DNA of 64,000 nt. Origin: Rhizobiaceae bacterium. GTDB taxonomy: Bacteria; Pseudomonadota; Alphaproteobacteria; Rhizobiales; Rhizobiaceae. The notes under the pieces were generated by a model. The model was not told the DNA's origin, did not search any database, and saw only the letters and a list, made by a program, of their open reading frames with translations. The stretch spans positions 6,904-70,903 of the forward strand of contig JAHBYY010000011.1 of assembly GCA_019635715.1 (NCBI GenBank), given 5' to 3'. Made by a program: the position numbers and the translations under genes. Of this stretch, positions 21,045-31,604 are shown in pieces. Every line of letters starts with the position of its first letter. The stretch's first letter is position 1.

Positions 21045-22223
21045 TTAGGCAGACGACGCAGCGACATGGCCTTCCGCCACGGCGAGAAACTCGGCGCGCC
21101 CGGCGAGCCCGGCGAACAGCGAGCGGTCCGTGCCGGTCATGATGGCCTGACAGCCGAGGTCGGCCAGCAACGCAAACAGCGCGTCGCGGCGCCGCAGATC
21201 CAGATGCGCGGCGATCTCGTCGAGCAGCACGATCGGTATCAGCCCCGAGATGCCGGCGGCCAGCCGCGCATGATCGAGCACGAGGCCGACCAGCAGCGCC
21301 TTCTGTTCGCCGGTGGAACACAGGCCCGCCGGCATGGCCTTGGGCAGATGGGTGACGAGCAGGTCGCTGCGATGCGGCCCGTCCAGCGTGCGCCCCGCCG
21401 CCCGGTCGCGGCCGCGCCCGTCGCGCAGCGCCTCGCGGTAGGCCTCCTCGACATCGGTGGCGGCGGCGCGCGCCAGCCGCTCCTCCAGATGCCCCGACAG
21501 CGCGATGCCCGCGCCGGGGAACGCCGCTGTCTCCGACGAGACCGGCGCTTCGATGCCGGTGATCAGCCGCACCAGTTCGAAACGGGCAGCGGCGATGGCG
21601 ACACCCGTCTCGGCCATCTGCGCCTCGATGGCGGTCAGCCATGCGGAATCGCGGCTGTCCTCGGCGAGGAGGCGGTTGCGGCCGCGCATCGCCTTCTCGA
21701 AGTCGAGCGCCCGCTGGCCATGCCGCGGATCGATCGCCAGCACCAGCCGGTCGAGAAAGCGCCGCCGGTCGCCGGCCGGGCCGGTGAACAGCGCATCCAT
21801 GGCCGGGGTCAGCCAGACGACGCGCAGCCATTCGAGCATCGCCTCGGCCGAGCGCGCCGGCGCGCCGTTGATGCGCACCTTGCGTCCGCCGTCCGGGGCG
21901 ATCGAGCCGGCGGTGCCCGTGCCGATCTCGACCGGGCCGAGCGTGCCGTCGAGCGCCGCGTGAACGGCAAAGCCGCCGGACCCGCCGTCGCGGGCGATCT
22001 CGTCGTAGGCGGCGCGGCGCAGCCCGCGCCCCGGCGCCAGCAGCGAGACCGCTTCCAGGAGGTTGGTCTTGCCGGCGCCGTTCTCGCCGGTGAACACGAC
22101 GCTGCGTCCGTCGAGCGCAAGATCGAGCGACGCGTAGTTGCGGAAATCCTGAAGCTTCAGGCGGCGCAGCGAGACACGCGCCGCGTCCGGTGGCGGCGCG
22201 CCGGCCGGGACGTCGTCAGACAC
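21045..22223 (-). CDS. recF: DNA replication/repair protein RecF
   Basis: FRNY, GENGAGKTNLLEA, RRRFLD, GPHRSD, STGEQK, LLDEIAAHLD motifs; start uncertain. Confidence 0.95.
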   Translation of the reverse strand: MSDDVPAGAPPPDAARVSLRRLKLQDFRNYASLDLALDGRSVVFTGENGAGKTNLLEAVSLLAPGRGLRRAAYDEIARDGGSGGFAVHAALDGTLGPVEIGTGTAGSIAPDGGRKVRINGAPARSAEAMLEWLRVVWLTPAMDALFTGPAGDRRRFLDRLVLAIDPRHGQRALDFEKAMRGRNRLLAEDSRDSAWLTAIEAQMAETGVAIAAARFELVRLITGIEAPVSSETAAFPGAGIALSGHLEERLARAAATDVEEAYREALRDGRGRDRAAGRTLDGPHRSDLLVTHLPKAMPAGLCSTGEQKALLVGLVLDHARLAAGISGLIPIVLLDEIAAHLDLRRRDALFALLADLGCQAIMTGTDRSLFAGLAGRAEFLAVAEGHVAASSA

Positions 22224-23334
22224 GCATCGGCATCAGCACGTAGAGCGTATCCTCGTCGGCCGTGTCCTGGATGAGCGTCGGCGAACCGGCATCGGCGAGC
22301 ATGAAGCGCGCCTCGCCGCCGCCGAGCTGCGCGGCGACGTCGAGGAGATATTTGGCATTGAAGCCGATCTCCATCGGATCGGACGAATAGTCGGCCGGCA
22401 CCTCCTCGGTGGCGCTGCCGGAATCGGGATTGTTGACGGCGAGCGTCAAAAGCGCGTCGCCGATCGACAGCTTTACCGCCCGGCCGCGCTCCGACGACAC
22501 CGTGGAGACGCGGTCGACGGCGCGCGCGAAGGTCTCGCGATCGACGACCAGCCGGCGGTCGTTGCCGGTCGGAATGACGCGCTGGTAGTCGGGGAAGGTC
22601 CCGTCGATCAGCTTCGAGGTGAGCACGACGCTGCCGATGGTGAAACGGATCTTGGTATCGGAAAGTTCGACGCCGACCGTCAGCTCGGGATCGTCGACCA
22701 GCTTCTGCAGCTCGCTGACGGTCTTGCGCGGGATGATGATGCCCGGCATTCCCTCGACGCCGGCGGGCGCGTGCATCTCGGCGCGCGCCAGGCGGTGGCC
22801 GTCGGTGGCCACCGAGCGCAGCTTGAGCTTCCCGGCCTGCTCGATGGCATGCAGATAGATGCCGTTGAGGTAGTAGCGCGTCTCCTCCGTCGAGATGGCG
22901 AACTGGGTGCGGTCGATCAGCTTCCGGAGCGCCGGAGCCTCGATGCGGAAGGTGTGCGTGAAGGTGCCCGAGGTGAGCTGCGGAAAGTCGGATTGCGGCA
23001 GGCATTGCAGGCGGAAGCTGGAGCGCCCCGCGGCCACCGTCATGGCGTTGCCGTCGTCGTCGGTCTTCAGCATGACTTCGGCGCCGTCGGGCAGCTTGCG
23101 GACGATGTCGTAGAGGAGATGGGCGGGCACGGTCGTCGAACCGGCGCGCTCGACCTGGGCGGGCGTCGCCTCGGTCACCTCCAGGTCGAGGTCCGTCGCC
23201 TTCATCTGCAGGCCCTGCGCACCGGCGTCGAGCAGGACGTTGGAGAGGATCGGAATCGTGTTGCGCCGTTCGACCACGCGGTGGACGTGGTTGAGCGACT
23301 TCAGGAGATTCGAACGTTCCAGAATGACACGCAT
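22216..23334 (-). CDS. dnaN: DNA polymerase III beta clamp
   Basis: RRNTIPILSNVL, ETRYYLNG, ATDGHRLA, GTFPDY, VLMPMRV motifs. Confidence 0.98.
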   Translation of the reverse strand: MRVILERSNLLKSLNHVHRVVERRNTIPILSNVLLDAGAQGLQMKATDLDLEVTEATPAQVERAGSTTVPAHLLYDIVRKLPDGAEVMLKTDDDGNAMTVAAGRSSFRLQCLPQSDFPQLTSGTFTHTFRIEAPALRKLIDRTQFAISTEETRYYLNGIYLHAIEQAGKLKLRSVATDGHRLARAEMHAPAGVEGMPGIIIPRKTVSELQKLVDDPELTVGVELSDTKIRFTIGSVVLTSKLIDGTFPDYQRVIPTGNDRRLVVDRETFARAVDRVSTVSSERGRAVKLSIGDALLTLAVNNPDSGSATEEVPADYSSDPMEIGFNAKYLLDVAAQLGGGEARFMLADAGSPTLIQDTADEDTLYVLMPMRV

Positions 23335-23512
23335 GGCAAAGCAGTCTCGAACTCAGGTCACAGTCTTCGGAGGACATCCCCGGCCGCATCCACCGAGCGG
23401 CAGCATGGTTCGACCTTTCAACAAAAGCAGTTGGAAGGCAAGTCCGCGGCAACGGCAGCGCCGCCGCAAGCGCCGGTCTTCCACATCCGGCGCCGGGCCC
23501 GCGGCGCCGCGG

Positions 23513-25048
23513 TCAGGCCTGGTCGCTGATCAGGCGGCGCAGCAGTTCGAGTTCCTGCGCGAGCGTCGTATCGGAGGTCGACAGGTCCTCGATCTTGCGG
23601 ACGGCGTGAAGGACGGTCGTGTGGTCCCTGCCGCCGAAGCGGCGGCCGATTTCCGGCAGCGAGCGCGGCGTCATCACCTTGGCGAGATACATGGCGATCT
23701 GCCGCGGCTTGACGATGGTGCGGGTGCGCCGGTTGGACAGAAGTTCGGTCTTGGAGACGTTGTAGTGGCGCGACACGATGCGCTGGATGTCCTCGATGCG
23801 CGGACGCTTCGGCTCGCCCGCCCGCACCATGTGGCGCAGGATCTCCTCGACCCGCTCGACGGTGATCTGCGGCTCGAAGGACTGGCGGAAGAGAAGCTGG
23901 TTGAAGGCGCCCTCCAGCTCGCGGCCGCTGCCGGTGACGGCACCGGCCACGTGCTCCAGCACATCCTCGCCGATCTGGATCGCCGGATCGTCGGAGCGCG
24001 CCGCATCGAGACGCTGGCGCAGCATGGTGAGGCGCATCCCGTAGTCGGGCGCGGCCATTTCGAGCGCGACGCCGCCGACGAGACGCGAGCGGACGCGCGG
24101 CTCCAGCGATTCCAGGTCCGCCGGCGGCCGGTCCGCCGCCACGACCACCTGCCGGGCGCTGTCGAGCAGCATGTTGATCAGGTGGCAGAACTCGTTCTGG
24201 ATCGACTTTCCCTGCAGGAACTGCATGTCGTCGATGATCAGCAGGTCGATGTCGCGCAACTGCTCCTTCAGGGTCAGCGCATTGTTGTCGCGGATCGCCG
24301 TGGCGAACCGCCACATAAAATATTCGGCAGTCAGATAGACGACGCGCGACTTGGGATTCTGGCGGATCGCCTCCGCCGCGACGGCCTGCAGGAGATGCGT
24401 CTTGCCGAGCCCCACCGAGGCGTGGATGAACAGCGGATTGAAGCGCGAGGCCGATTCCGCCACCGCCCTCGCAGCAGCCAGGGCCACGCGGTTCGACGGC
24501 CCCTCGACGAAGGAGGAGAGCGTGTATTTCGGATCGAGCGGCGAGCCGAGCACGCTGGAACGGGCGTCGGCATCGCCGGCACGACCGCCGCGCGCCGCGT
24601 CGACGTCGAAGGGGAGCGCACCGGCCGGCGGCGCCGGCGGAACGGCCTGAGCCGGGCGGGCCGGCTTGCGCGGCAGCGGGGTGACGACGTCCGGCCGGGG
24701 GCCGCGATTGGTGTTGGCGGCGCTGCGGACGATGAACTCGACCTTCAGCACGGAGGACACTTCCTGCTTCCAGAGCTCGCCGACCAGGTCGACGTAGTGG
24801 CTGTTGATCCAGGAGCGCAGGAAGGCCGTCGGCACCGAAATGCGGACGCAATCCTTCGAGGTCTCCTCCAGCTTCATCCGACCGAACCAGCTCGTGTAGA
24901 CCTCGGCACCAAGCCGGGCGCGAAGCTGCAGCTTGACGCGCTCGAAAGCCGCCTCGCTGCCCCCTTTTCCTGCCATGCGCTCGTCCTCGCTCAATTCAGC
25001 CGGAACCACGAGGCTCGCCTTGGCCCCGTACTGCATACCGCTGTGCAT
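23513..25048 (-). CDS. dnaA: Chromosomal replication initiator DnaA
   Basis: [52 protein letters not shown] motifs; start set at MHSG (ATG 25048). Confidence 0.97.
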   Translation of the reverse strand: MHSGMQYGAKASLVVPAELSEDERMAGKGGSEAAFERVKLQLRARLGAEVYTSWFGRMKLEETSKDCVRISVPTAFLRSWINSHYVDLVGELWKQEVSSVLKVEFIVRSAANTNRGPRPDVVTPLPRKPARPAQAVPPAPPAGALPFDVDAARGGRAGDADARSSVLGSPLDPKYTLSSFVEGPSNRVALAAARAVAESASRFNPLFIHASVGLGKTHLLQAVAAEAIRQNPKSRVVYLTAEYFMWRFATAIRDNNALTLKEQLRDIDLLIIDDMQFLQGKSIQNEFCHLINMLLDSARQVVVAADRPPADLESLEPRVRSRLVGGVALEMAAPDYGMRLTMLRQRLDAARSDDPAIQIGEDVLEHVAGAVTGSGRELEGAFNQLLFRQSFEPQITVERVEEILRHMVRAGEPKRPRIEDIQRIVSRHYNVSKTELLSNRRTRTIVKPRQIAMYLAKVMTPRSLPEIGRRFGGRDHTTVLHAVRKIEDLSTSDTTLAQELELLRRLISDQA

Positions 25049-25395
25049 CTTTGGTCGATCCCCGTAATCTTTAGTTCTGAACGATGCCGCCGACCCGCCG
25101 CCGGATCGACTGCATCCGGCGAACCGCGCCGCCGCGATCCGCCTCCCGGTACCATGCGCCTTGGGCGCCGGCTTCAAAGCAATAACTCACGCCTTCGCGC
25201 GACCCGAAGGCCCTGCGACACAATTCCCGCTGCTGCTACCCTGCCGCCATTACGCGCAGACTGCTACACACACGAAGCCCGAGCGCGGCCTTCGCCACGT
25301 TGCGCGCGTTCACCGAACTGTTAGGATTGCCTGGCGGTCGCCATCCCTTCGATGGATGGACCTTACCGAAATGCGGCGGCGGTCTGCAAGGGCCG

Positions 25396-25410
25396 CTAAC
25401 GGTTTCTTAA
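25396..25410. promoter_or_regulatory. CtrA-like box upstream of dnaA
   Basis: CTAA-CGGTTTC-TTAA, one mismatch to TTAA-N7-TTAA. Confidence 0.4.
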
Positions 25411-25593
25411 GCTTTGCCGCCCAACGAAACGGGCGATTCGCCGCGACGGATCGGACGAGCGAAAAGGGCAAGACCTTGTGATTCAAACCCTTGTGCGAAA
25501 CTTGCCGGCGAGATCGGCGCCGACAAAATAATTTCAAATAAAATCCTTGACACGGAATCGCCTCAAACGCGGGTCGCGAGGGCATCCGAGGCC

Positions 25594-25602
25594 TGTGGAT
25601 AA
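25594..25602 (-). promoter_or_regulatory. Perfect DnaA box next to an AT-rich tract
   Basis: TGTGGATAA is the reverse complement of TTATCCACA; followed by AT-rich 25601-25640. Confidence 0.7.
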
Positions 25603-25772
25603 ATACCTATTAAAGTACTGTTTTTAATCTATAATATGGCCCTTTGATCAAAATCCGGGCGACCCTGTTTTCAGGGATTTCAGCAGTTTACGCAGCGTCC
25701 GCAACGACATAGCGGCGGACCCGGATTCGAGGCCTGCGGAGGGGGCTGCCGAGCTGCCGGCAGGCTGAATCG

Positions 25773-25801
25773 GAAACGCCCGGCCAAAGGCCGGGCGTTT
25801 C
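25773..25801 (-). terminator. Probable intrinsic terminator downstream of rpsT
   Basis: GAAACGCCCGGCC-AAA-GGCCGGGCGTTTC perfect 13-bp stem. Confidence 0.65.
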
Positions 25802-25864
25802 ACGGAACGATGTCAGGCTAACGATTGGCGGTCGCGTTTTCAGGCCCGACGCGGGCCGAGCCAC

Positions 25865-26128
25865 TCAGGCGAGCGCGGCGACGCGCTTGGCCAGACGCGA
25901 CACCTTGCGGGACGCGGTGTTGCCGTGCAGCACGCCCTTGGTGGCAGCGCGCATCAGCTCAGGCTGGGCGGCCTTGAGCGCTTCGGCGGCAACCGCCTTG
26001 TCGCCGGAGGCCAGCGCTTCCTCGACCTTGCGGACGAAGGTGCGGACACGCGAGCGGCGGTTCTTGTTGACGGCCGCGCGGCGCGCGATCTTGCGCGTTG
26101 CCTTCTTGGCCGAAGACGTATTGGCCAT
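25865..26128 (-). CDS. rpsT: 30S ribosomal protein S20
   Basis: [17 protein letters not shown]...[13 protein letters not shown]. Confidence 0.97.
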   Translation of the reverse strand: MANTSSAKKATRKIARRAAVNKNRRSRVRTFVRKVEEALASGDKAVAAEALKAAQPELMRAATKGVLHGNTASRKVSRLAKRVAALA

Positions 26129-26279
26129 TCTTGCCTCTCTCTCGATCTCGAAACAGGCGCGCCCGGCCGCAGCCCGCGCACAAAAAACATGGGCAGCCAA
26201 TGGCCGCCCGGGATTGGCGCGGCTTATAGATCAGCTTTGGCGACCCGTCAACGACGATTCCGCGCGGCGCGCAAGGTCG

Positions 26280-27053
26280 TCAGCGGTTGCGGAAGCTCGG
26301 GCTGCGCTTTTCGACGAAGGCCGCCATGCCTTCCTTCTGGTCGTCGAAGGCGAACATGGAATGGAACAGCCGGCGCTCGAAGCGCAGGCCTTCGGCCAGC
26401 GTGGTTTCATAGGACCGGTTGACGGCCTCCTTGGCCATCATCACCGCCTGGAGCGGGAATTCGGCGATGCGCGCCGCTGCCCGCATCGCCTCCTCGACGA
26501 GATCGGCGGGAGCGACGACGCGCGACACCAGGCCGCTGCGCTCGGCCTCGGCCGCGTCCATCATCCGGCCGGTCAGCACCATATCCATCGCCTTGGCCTT
26601 GCCAACGAACCGCGTCAGGCGCTGCGACCCGCCCATGCCGGGGATCACCCCCAAGGTGATCTCCGGCTGCCCGAACTTGGCGTTGTCCGCCGCGATGATG
26701 AAATCGCACATCATCGCCAGTTCGCAGCCACCGCCCAGCGCGTAGCCGGCGACGGCGGCGATCACCGGCTTGCGCAGCCGCGTGAACTCATCCCAGCCCG
26801 AGAAGAAGTCCCGCAGATACATGTCGACATAGGAGAGGTCCTGCATCTCCTTGATGTCGGCGCCCGCGGCAAAGGCCTTCTCCGAACCGGTGAGCACGAT
26901 CGCCGAGACCTTGGGATCGGCCTCGAACTCGCGCATGGCGGCGAGGATCTCGGACAGGAGTTGGCCGTTGAGCGCATTCAGCGCCTTGGGGCGGTTGAGC
27001 GTCAGCAGCGCCACCTTGCCGCGGGTCTCTATGGTGATCGCTTCAAAAGCCAT
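26280..27053 (-). CDS. Enoyl-CoA hydratase
   Basis: [37 protein letters not shown] crotonase motifs. Confidence 0.93.
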   Translation of the reverse strand: MAFEAITIETRGKVALLTLNRPKALNALNGQLLSEILAAMREFEADPKVSAIVLTGSEKAFAAGADIKEMQDLSYVDMYLRDFFSGWDEFTRLRKPVIAAVAGYALGGGCELAMMCDFIIAADNAKFGQPEITLGVIPGMGGSQRLTRFVGKAKAMDMVLTGRMMDAAEAERSGLVSRVVAPADLVEEAMRAAARIAEFPLQAVMMAKEAVNRSYETTLAEGLRFERRLFHSMFAFDDQKEGMAAFVEKRSPSFRNR

Positions 27054-27083
27054 GCCCGTTCCCATCCCGTTGCGCAAATCCGC

Positions 27084-27968
27084 TCATTTCTGGCACGGCG
27101 GACAGAAGAAGGTCGACCTTCCCGACTGCACGATCCGCGCGACGGTTCCGCCGCAGCGCGGACATGCCCCGCCCTCGCGATCATAGACCGAGAAGGAGTG
27201 TTGGAAATAGCCGAGCGAGCCGTCGGCCTGGATGTGGTCGCGCAACGACGAACCGCCGGCCTCGATCGCCTCGGCGATGACCGAGCGGATCGCCTCGGCC
27301 AGACGATCGGCGCGCGCGCGCGCCTTCCTGCCCGCGACGGCGATGGTTCCGGCGGCGCGGGCCGGCGACAGGCCGGCGCGCCACAGCGCCTCGCAGACAT
27401 AGATGTTGCCGAGCCCGGCGATGCTGCGCTGGTCGAGCAGCGCGGCTTTCAGCGGCGCGGCGCGGCCGGCGAACAGGGCCTGCAGCATCGGGCCGTCGAG
27501 CGCATTGCCGACCGGCTCCGGGCCAAGACCCGCCAGCATGGGATGGGCATTGGCGCCCTGTTCGGCAAAGAGCATGAAGCCGAAGCGGCGCGGGTCGTTG
27601 TAGACGACGCGCCTGCGCGGTCCGCCGCGCCCGGAAAGGTGGAAGACGACATGGTCGTGGGCCTCGGCCTTGGAGCGCTGCCGATGAAACACGCCGGGCA
27701 CCAGCGTCTCGGCCGCGTCCTCGACGCGGAAAGAGCCGGACATGCCGAGATGGCAGATGAGGTCCGGCGCTCCGTCAATGCCAATGACCAGGAATTTGGC
27801 ACGCCTCCACAGGCTGTCGATGCGCTTGCCAGCGAGCCGTTGAGCGAAGTTCTCGGGAAACGGGAACCGCAGGTCGGCACGACGCAGCTCGACGCGGTCG
27901 AGCAGCGCGCCCTCCATCGCCGGCTGCAGGCCGCGCCGGACGGTCTCGACTTCGGGCAGTTCAGGCAT
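27084..27968 (-). CDS. mutM: Formamidopyrimidine-DNA glycosylase
   Basis: MPELPEVE start, HLGMSG, DPRRFG, GLGNIY, C-terminal CPRC..CPPCQ zinc finger. Confidence 0.97.
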   Translation of the reverse strand: MPELPEVETVRRGLQPAMEGALLDRVELRRADLRFPFPENFAQRLAGKRIDSLWRRAKFLVIGIDGAPDLICHLGMSGSFRVEDAAETLVPGVFHRQRSKAEAHDHVVFHLSGRGGPRRRVVYNDPRRFGFMLFAEQGANAHPMLAGLGPEPVGNALDGPMLQALFAGRAAPLKAALLDQRSIAGLGNIYVCEALWRAGLSPARAAGTIAVAGRKARARADRLAEAIRSVIAEAIEAGGSSLRDHIQADGSLGYFQHSFSVYDREGGACPRCGGTVARIVQSGRSTFFCPPCQK

Positions 27969-29193
27969 GGCCGGCGATCGCCCCCAAGAAGGAGGTGCCG
28001 TGCCGCCCGGCGGGCAGGCCGAGATGCGCGGCCACGGTTTCGCCGATGTCGGCGAAGGTCTTGCGCAGCCCGACCGTCCCTCCCTTGCCGCCGAGGCTGA
28101 CGCCGAAGATCGGAACGCGCTCGCGTGTGTGATCAGTGCCGGCCCAGGTCGGATCGCAGCCATGATCGGCGGTCAGCAGGAGCAGGTCGCCGTCGCGGAG
28201 CCCGTCAAGGGTCCGCGGCAGGGCCGCGTCGAAGGCTTCGAGCGCCGCGGCATAGCCCGGCACGTCGCGGCGATGGCCGAAATTGCTGTCGAAGTCGACG
28301 AAATTGGCGAAGACGAGATCACCATCGGCGGCGTCGTTGATCGCCGTCCTCGTCGCGTCGAGCAGCGGCAGATTGCCGGCGGCCTTGCGCACCTCGCTGA
28401 CGCCGCTGTGCGCGAAGATGTCACCGATCTTGCCCATGCCGATCACCCGGCTGCCGCGTCGGGCCAGCCGGTCGAGCAGGGTCGGCTCCGGCGGCGGCAC
28501 GGCGAAGTCGCGGCGGTTGGCGGTCCGCTCGAAGCTGCCGGGAGCCTCGCCGACGAAGGGGCGGGCGATGACGCGGCCGATGTTCAGCGGATCGACGAGG
28601 CGACGCACCACGCGGCAGAGCTCGTAGAGCCGCTCAAGTCCGAAATGCGCCTCGTGCGCGGCGATCTGGATGACGGAATCGGCCGAAGTGTAGCAGATCG
28701 GCCTGCCGGTGCGGATATGGTCCGCGCCCAGCCGGTCGATGATCTCGGTGCCGGAGGCATGGCAATCGCCGAGGATGCCGGGCACGCCGCCCTCGCGGAC
28801 GATCGCCTCTGTCAAGGAGGCGGGGAAGGTCGGGACGGTCTGCGGAAAGTAGCCCCAGTCGAAGGGAACCGGCACGCCGGCGATCTCCCAATGGCCGGAC
28901 GGCGTGTCCCTGCCGCTGGAGACTTCCTGGGCGGCGCCGAAGAAGACACCGGGGGCCAGAGCGGCAGTCGGCGCCCGCCCCGCCGCGATGTCGACGGCCG
29001 CCGCCAGCCCGAGGCGATCCATGTTGGGCAGACGCAGCGGGCCGCTGCGCAGACCCGGCCGGTCGGCCCGGCCGATCGCCGCCGCGACAGCGATGTGGCC
29101 GTAGGTGTTGGACCCCTTGTCGCCAAAGCGGGCGGCATCCGGCGCATGGCCTATGCCGAAGGAATCGAGCACGAAGAGGAAGGCGCGAGCCAT
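27961..29193 (-). CDS. deoB: Phosphopentomutase
   Basis: [52 protein letters not shown] motifs. Confidence 0.96.
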   Translation of the reverse strand: MARAFLFVLDSFGIGHAPDAARFGDKGSNTYGHIAVAAAIGRADRPGLRSGPLRLPNMDRLGLAAAVDIAAGRAPTAALAPGVFFGAAQEVSSGRDTPSGHWEIAGVPVPFDWGYFPQTVPTFPASLTEAIVREGGVPGILGDCHASGTEIIDRLGADHIRTGRPICYTSADSVIQIAAHEAHFGLERLYELCRVVRRLVDPLNIGRVIARPFVGEAPGSFERTANRRDFAVPPPEPTLLDRLARRGSRVIGMGKIGDIFAHSGVSEVRKAAGNLPLLDATRTAINDAADGDLVFANFVDFDSNFGHRRDVPGYAAALEAFDAALPRTLDGLRDGDLLLLTADHGCDPTWAGTDHTRERVPIFGVSLGGKGGTVGLRKTFADIGETVAAHLGLPAGRHGTSFLGAIAGHA

Positions 29194-29360
29194 GACGGGC
29201 TCCGGTTTCGGACAGGATCACACATAGGCGCGGCGGCATGGCTTGGCAAATCGCCGCGCCCCGCCGCGCTTCCACCAGCTTGACATTGCGACGCATGCTG
29301 CCGATCACCGGGTCGGCTCGCGGCAACCGGAAGGCCCGCGATCGCAACCGGTCGGGATCG

Positions 29361-30536
29361 ATGCAAGACACGGACGTTCTGATCATAGGCGCCGGCGCGG
29401 CCGGTCTGGCCGCGGCGCATGCGCTCATGGCGCGCGGCCTCTCGGTTCAACTCGTCGAGAAGGAGCCGCATGTCGGCGAACCATGGCGGCAGCGGCACAG
29501 GAACCTGACGCTCAATTCCTACCGCGACCTGTCGACGCTGCCCGGCGTTGCCTATCCGCCGGGCACCCCCGCCTTCCCGGCCCGCGAGGCGGTGGTCAGC
29601 CTGTTCGAGGATTTCGTCCGGCTGCACGGGCTGCCGATCGCCTTCGGCACGGAGGTCCGGCAGGTCCGCCGGGACAATGATCGCTGGATCGTCGAGACAA
29701 ACGACGGCACCCGGTCGGCGCGCAACGTCGTGGTCGCGACGGGCCGCGACCGCGTCCCGCATATGCCGGACTGGCCCGGGCACGGGGGTTTCACGGGCCG
29801 CCTTCTGCATGCCGCCGCGTTCGGCGAGGCCGCGGCCTATGCCGGGAAAAGCGTGCTGGTGTCCGGCGCCGGCAATTCGGGCTTCGACGTGCTCAACCAT
29901 CTGGTGCGTGCGCGGACCGGCCCGATCTGGCTGTCGGCACGCAGCGGCCCGGCGATCCTGCCGAAGCGCATCGCCAACCTCGCCGTCCACAAGGTCTCGC
30001 CGTTTCTCGCCTCGCTGCCGACCTGGCTCGCCGACGCCGTCATCGCCATGACGCAACGCCTGAGCCTCGGCAGCCACGCCCGCCTCGGCCTGCCGCCGCC
30101 GATCGGCGGCGGGGCGAGCCGGCTGCGCGGCGACAGCATCGCAATCGCCACGGACGATGGCGCGGTGCGCGCGATCAAGGCCGGCCGGGTCCGCGTGATC
30201 GGACCGATCCGCAGCTTCGACCGCGACAGCGTCGTTCTCGAAGACGGCAGTATCGTGAAGCCAGACGTCGTGATCGCGGCGACCGGCTACCGGACGGGGC
30301 TGGAGCCGCTTGTCGGACATCTCGGGGTGCTGGACCCGCGCGGCAAGCCGCTGTTCAACGGGGCGGCGCAGGATCCGCGCCTGCCCGGCCTGTGGTTCAC
30401 CGGCATGCGGCCCGATCTGCGCGGCTGCTTCACCAATGCCCGCCTGCAGGCCGAAGCCATCGCAGCGGCGATCTCGGCTTCGCGAAGGGACGCTAAAGCG
30501 CGTCGCGTCCAATTGGACTCAGGCGCAGCGCATTAA
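29361..30536 (+). CDS. Flavin-containing monooxygenase (class B, FMO/YUCCA-like)
   Basis: GAGAAG FAD motif, FTGRLLHAAAF (FxGxxxHxxxY/F), GAGNSG NADPH motif, ATGY. Confidence 0.82.
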   Translation: MQDTDVLIIGAGAAGLAAAHALMARGLSVQLVEKEPHVGEPWRQRHRNLTLNSYRDLSTLPGVAYPPGTPAFPAREAVVSLFEDFVRLHGLPIAFGTEVRQVRRDNDRWIVETNDGTRSARNVVVATGRDRVPHMPDWPGHGGFTGRLLHAAAFGEAAAYAGKSVLVSGAGNSGFDVLNHLVRARTGPIWLSARSGPAILPKRIANLAVHKVSPFLASLPTWLADAVIAMTQRLSLGSHARLGLPPPIGGGASRLRGDSIAIATDDGAVRAIKAGRVRVIGPIRSFDRDSVVLEDGSIVKPDVVIAATGYRTGLEPLVGHLGVLDPRGKPLFNGAAQDPRLPGLWFTGMRPDLRGCFTNARLQAEAIAAAISASRRDAKARRVQLDSGAAH

Positions 30537-30600
30537 GTTCTTGGTTTGATGCATGTCGTTGTCCCGAAACCGGTTCCCACTTTCGGGCGACATGCATTAG
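30493..30600. repeat. Rhizobial ~110 bp palindromic repeat (RIME/Bru-RS-like)
   Basis: CTAAAGCGCGTCGCG...GCGCATTAAG then ATGCATGTCG-TTGT-CCCGAAA...TTTCGGG-CGACATGCATTAG: two-hairpin structure with CTAA/TTAG termini. Confidence 0.75.
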
Positions 30601-31502
30601 GCGGACGCCGCGAGCGCCGCCTCGACCTTGTCGCGGGTCGGGACGGAAGGCTGTGCGCCGGGTTCCAGGCAGGCCAGCGATCCGGCGACGGCCGCACGGC
30701 GCAGCGCCGCCTCGATGTCGAGCCCTTCGGCGAGGGAAGCGGCGAGGTAGCCGCAGAAGGTGTCGCCGGCGCCGACCGTATCGACCGGCCGGATCGACAT
30801 GGCGGGCACCCGCAGCACGCCTTCGGCGTCGATGGCGATGACGCCGTCGCCGCCGAGCGTCACCACCAGGGTCCTGCCCGTCGCCGCGACGAAGGCCCGC
30901 ATGCGCTCCTCGCGCGCCGCCCCCGGCAGGCCGAGTTCCGACGCATAGAGGTCGAACTCGGTCTCGTTGGCGACGACGGTGTCGGCCAGCGCCAGCAGAT
31001 GGGCCGCCTCCGGCCGGAACGGCGCGGTGTTGAGAACCGAGCGCGCGCCCGTCTCGCGGGCAAGGCGCAGGCCCGCCTCGACGGTCGCCAGCGGGATCTC
31101 GTGCTGGAAGAGCAGGACGTCGTCGCGCGCGATCTCCGCCGTGGCCAGATCGCCCGGCAGCACGGTGCCGTTGGCACCGGCGACGACGACGATGACGTTC
31201 TCGCCGGCGCCGTCGACGAAGATCAGCGCGACACCGGTCGAGGCGTGGACGCGACGCACGGCGGAGAGGTCGACGCCGCCCTTTTCGAGCAGCGCCAGCG
31301 CCTCGCCGGCGAAGGCGTCCTTGCCGACCGCGCCGATCATGCGGACCTCTGCCCCGGCACGTGCGGCGGCGAGCGCCTGGTTGGCGCCCTTGCCGCCGGG
31401 AGCGGTGCGGAAGGTGGCGCCCGGAACGGTCTCGCCGGGCGCGGGAAGCCGCTCGACATCCGCGACCAGATCAAGATTGATGGAACCGACGACGACGATC
31501 AC
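30597..31502 (-). CDS. rbsK: Ribokinase (PfkB family)
   Basis: GSINLD, PGGKGANQA, NETE, DTVGAGDTF motifs. Confidence 0.9.
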   Translation of the reverse strand: MIVVVGSINLDLVADVERLPAPGETVPGATFRTAPGGKGANQALAAARAGAEVRMIGAVGKDAFAGEALALLEKGGVDLSAVRRVHASTGVALIFVDGAGENVIVVVAGANGTVLPGDLATAEIARDDVLLFQHEIPLATVEAGLRLARETGARSVLNTAPFRPEAAHLLALADTVVANETEFDLYASELGLPGAAREERMRAFVAATGRTLVVTLGGDGVIAIDAEGVLRVPAMSIRPVDTVGAGDTFCGYLAASLAEGLDIEAALRRAAVAGSLACLEPGAQPSVPTRDKVEAALAASA

Positions 31503-31604
31503 AGCGAGCCTCCCAAGGGTCTTTGGAGCACGCTATAGCGCCCGCGCGGGGTCAGAAACAATCCGGCCCGCCCGCAAAGGTCGACGCCGCGCCGAAGTGG
31601 GGGC

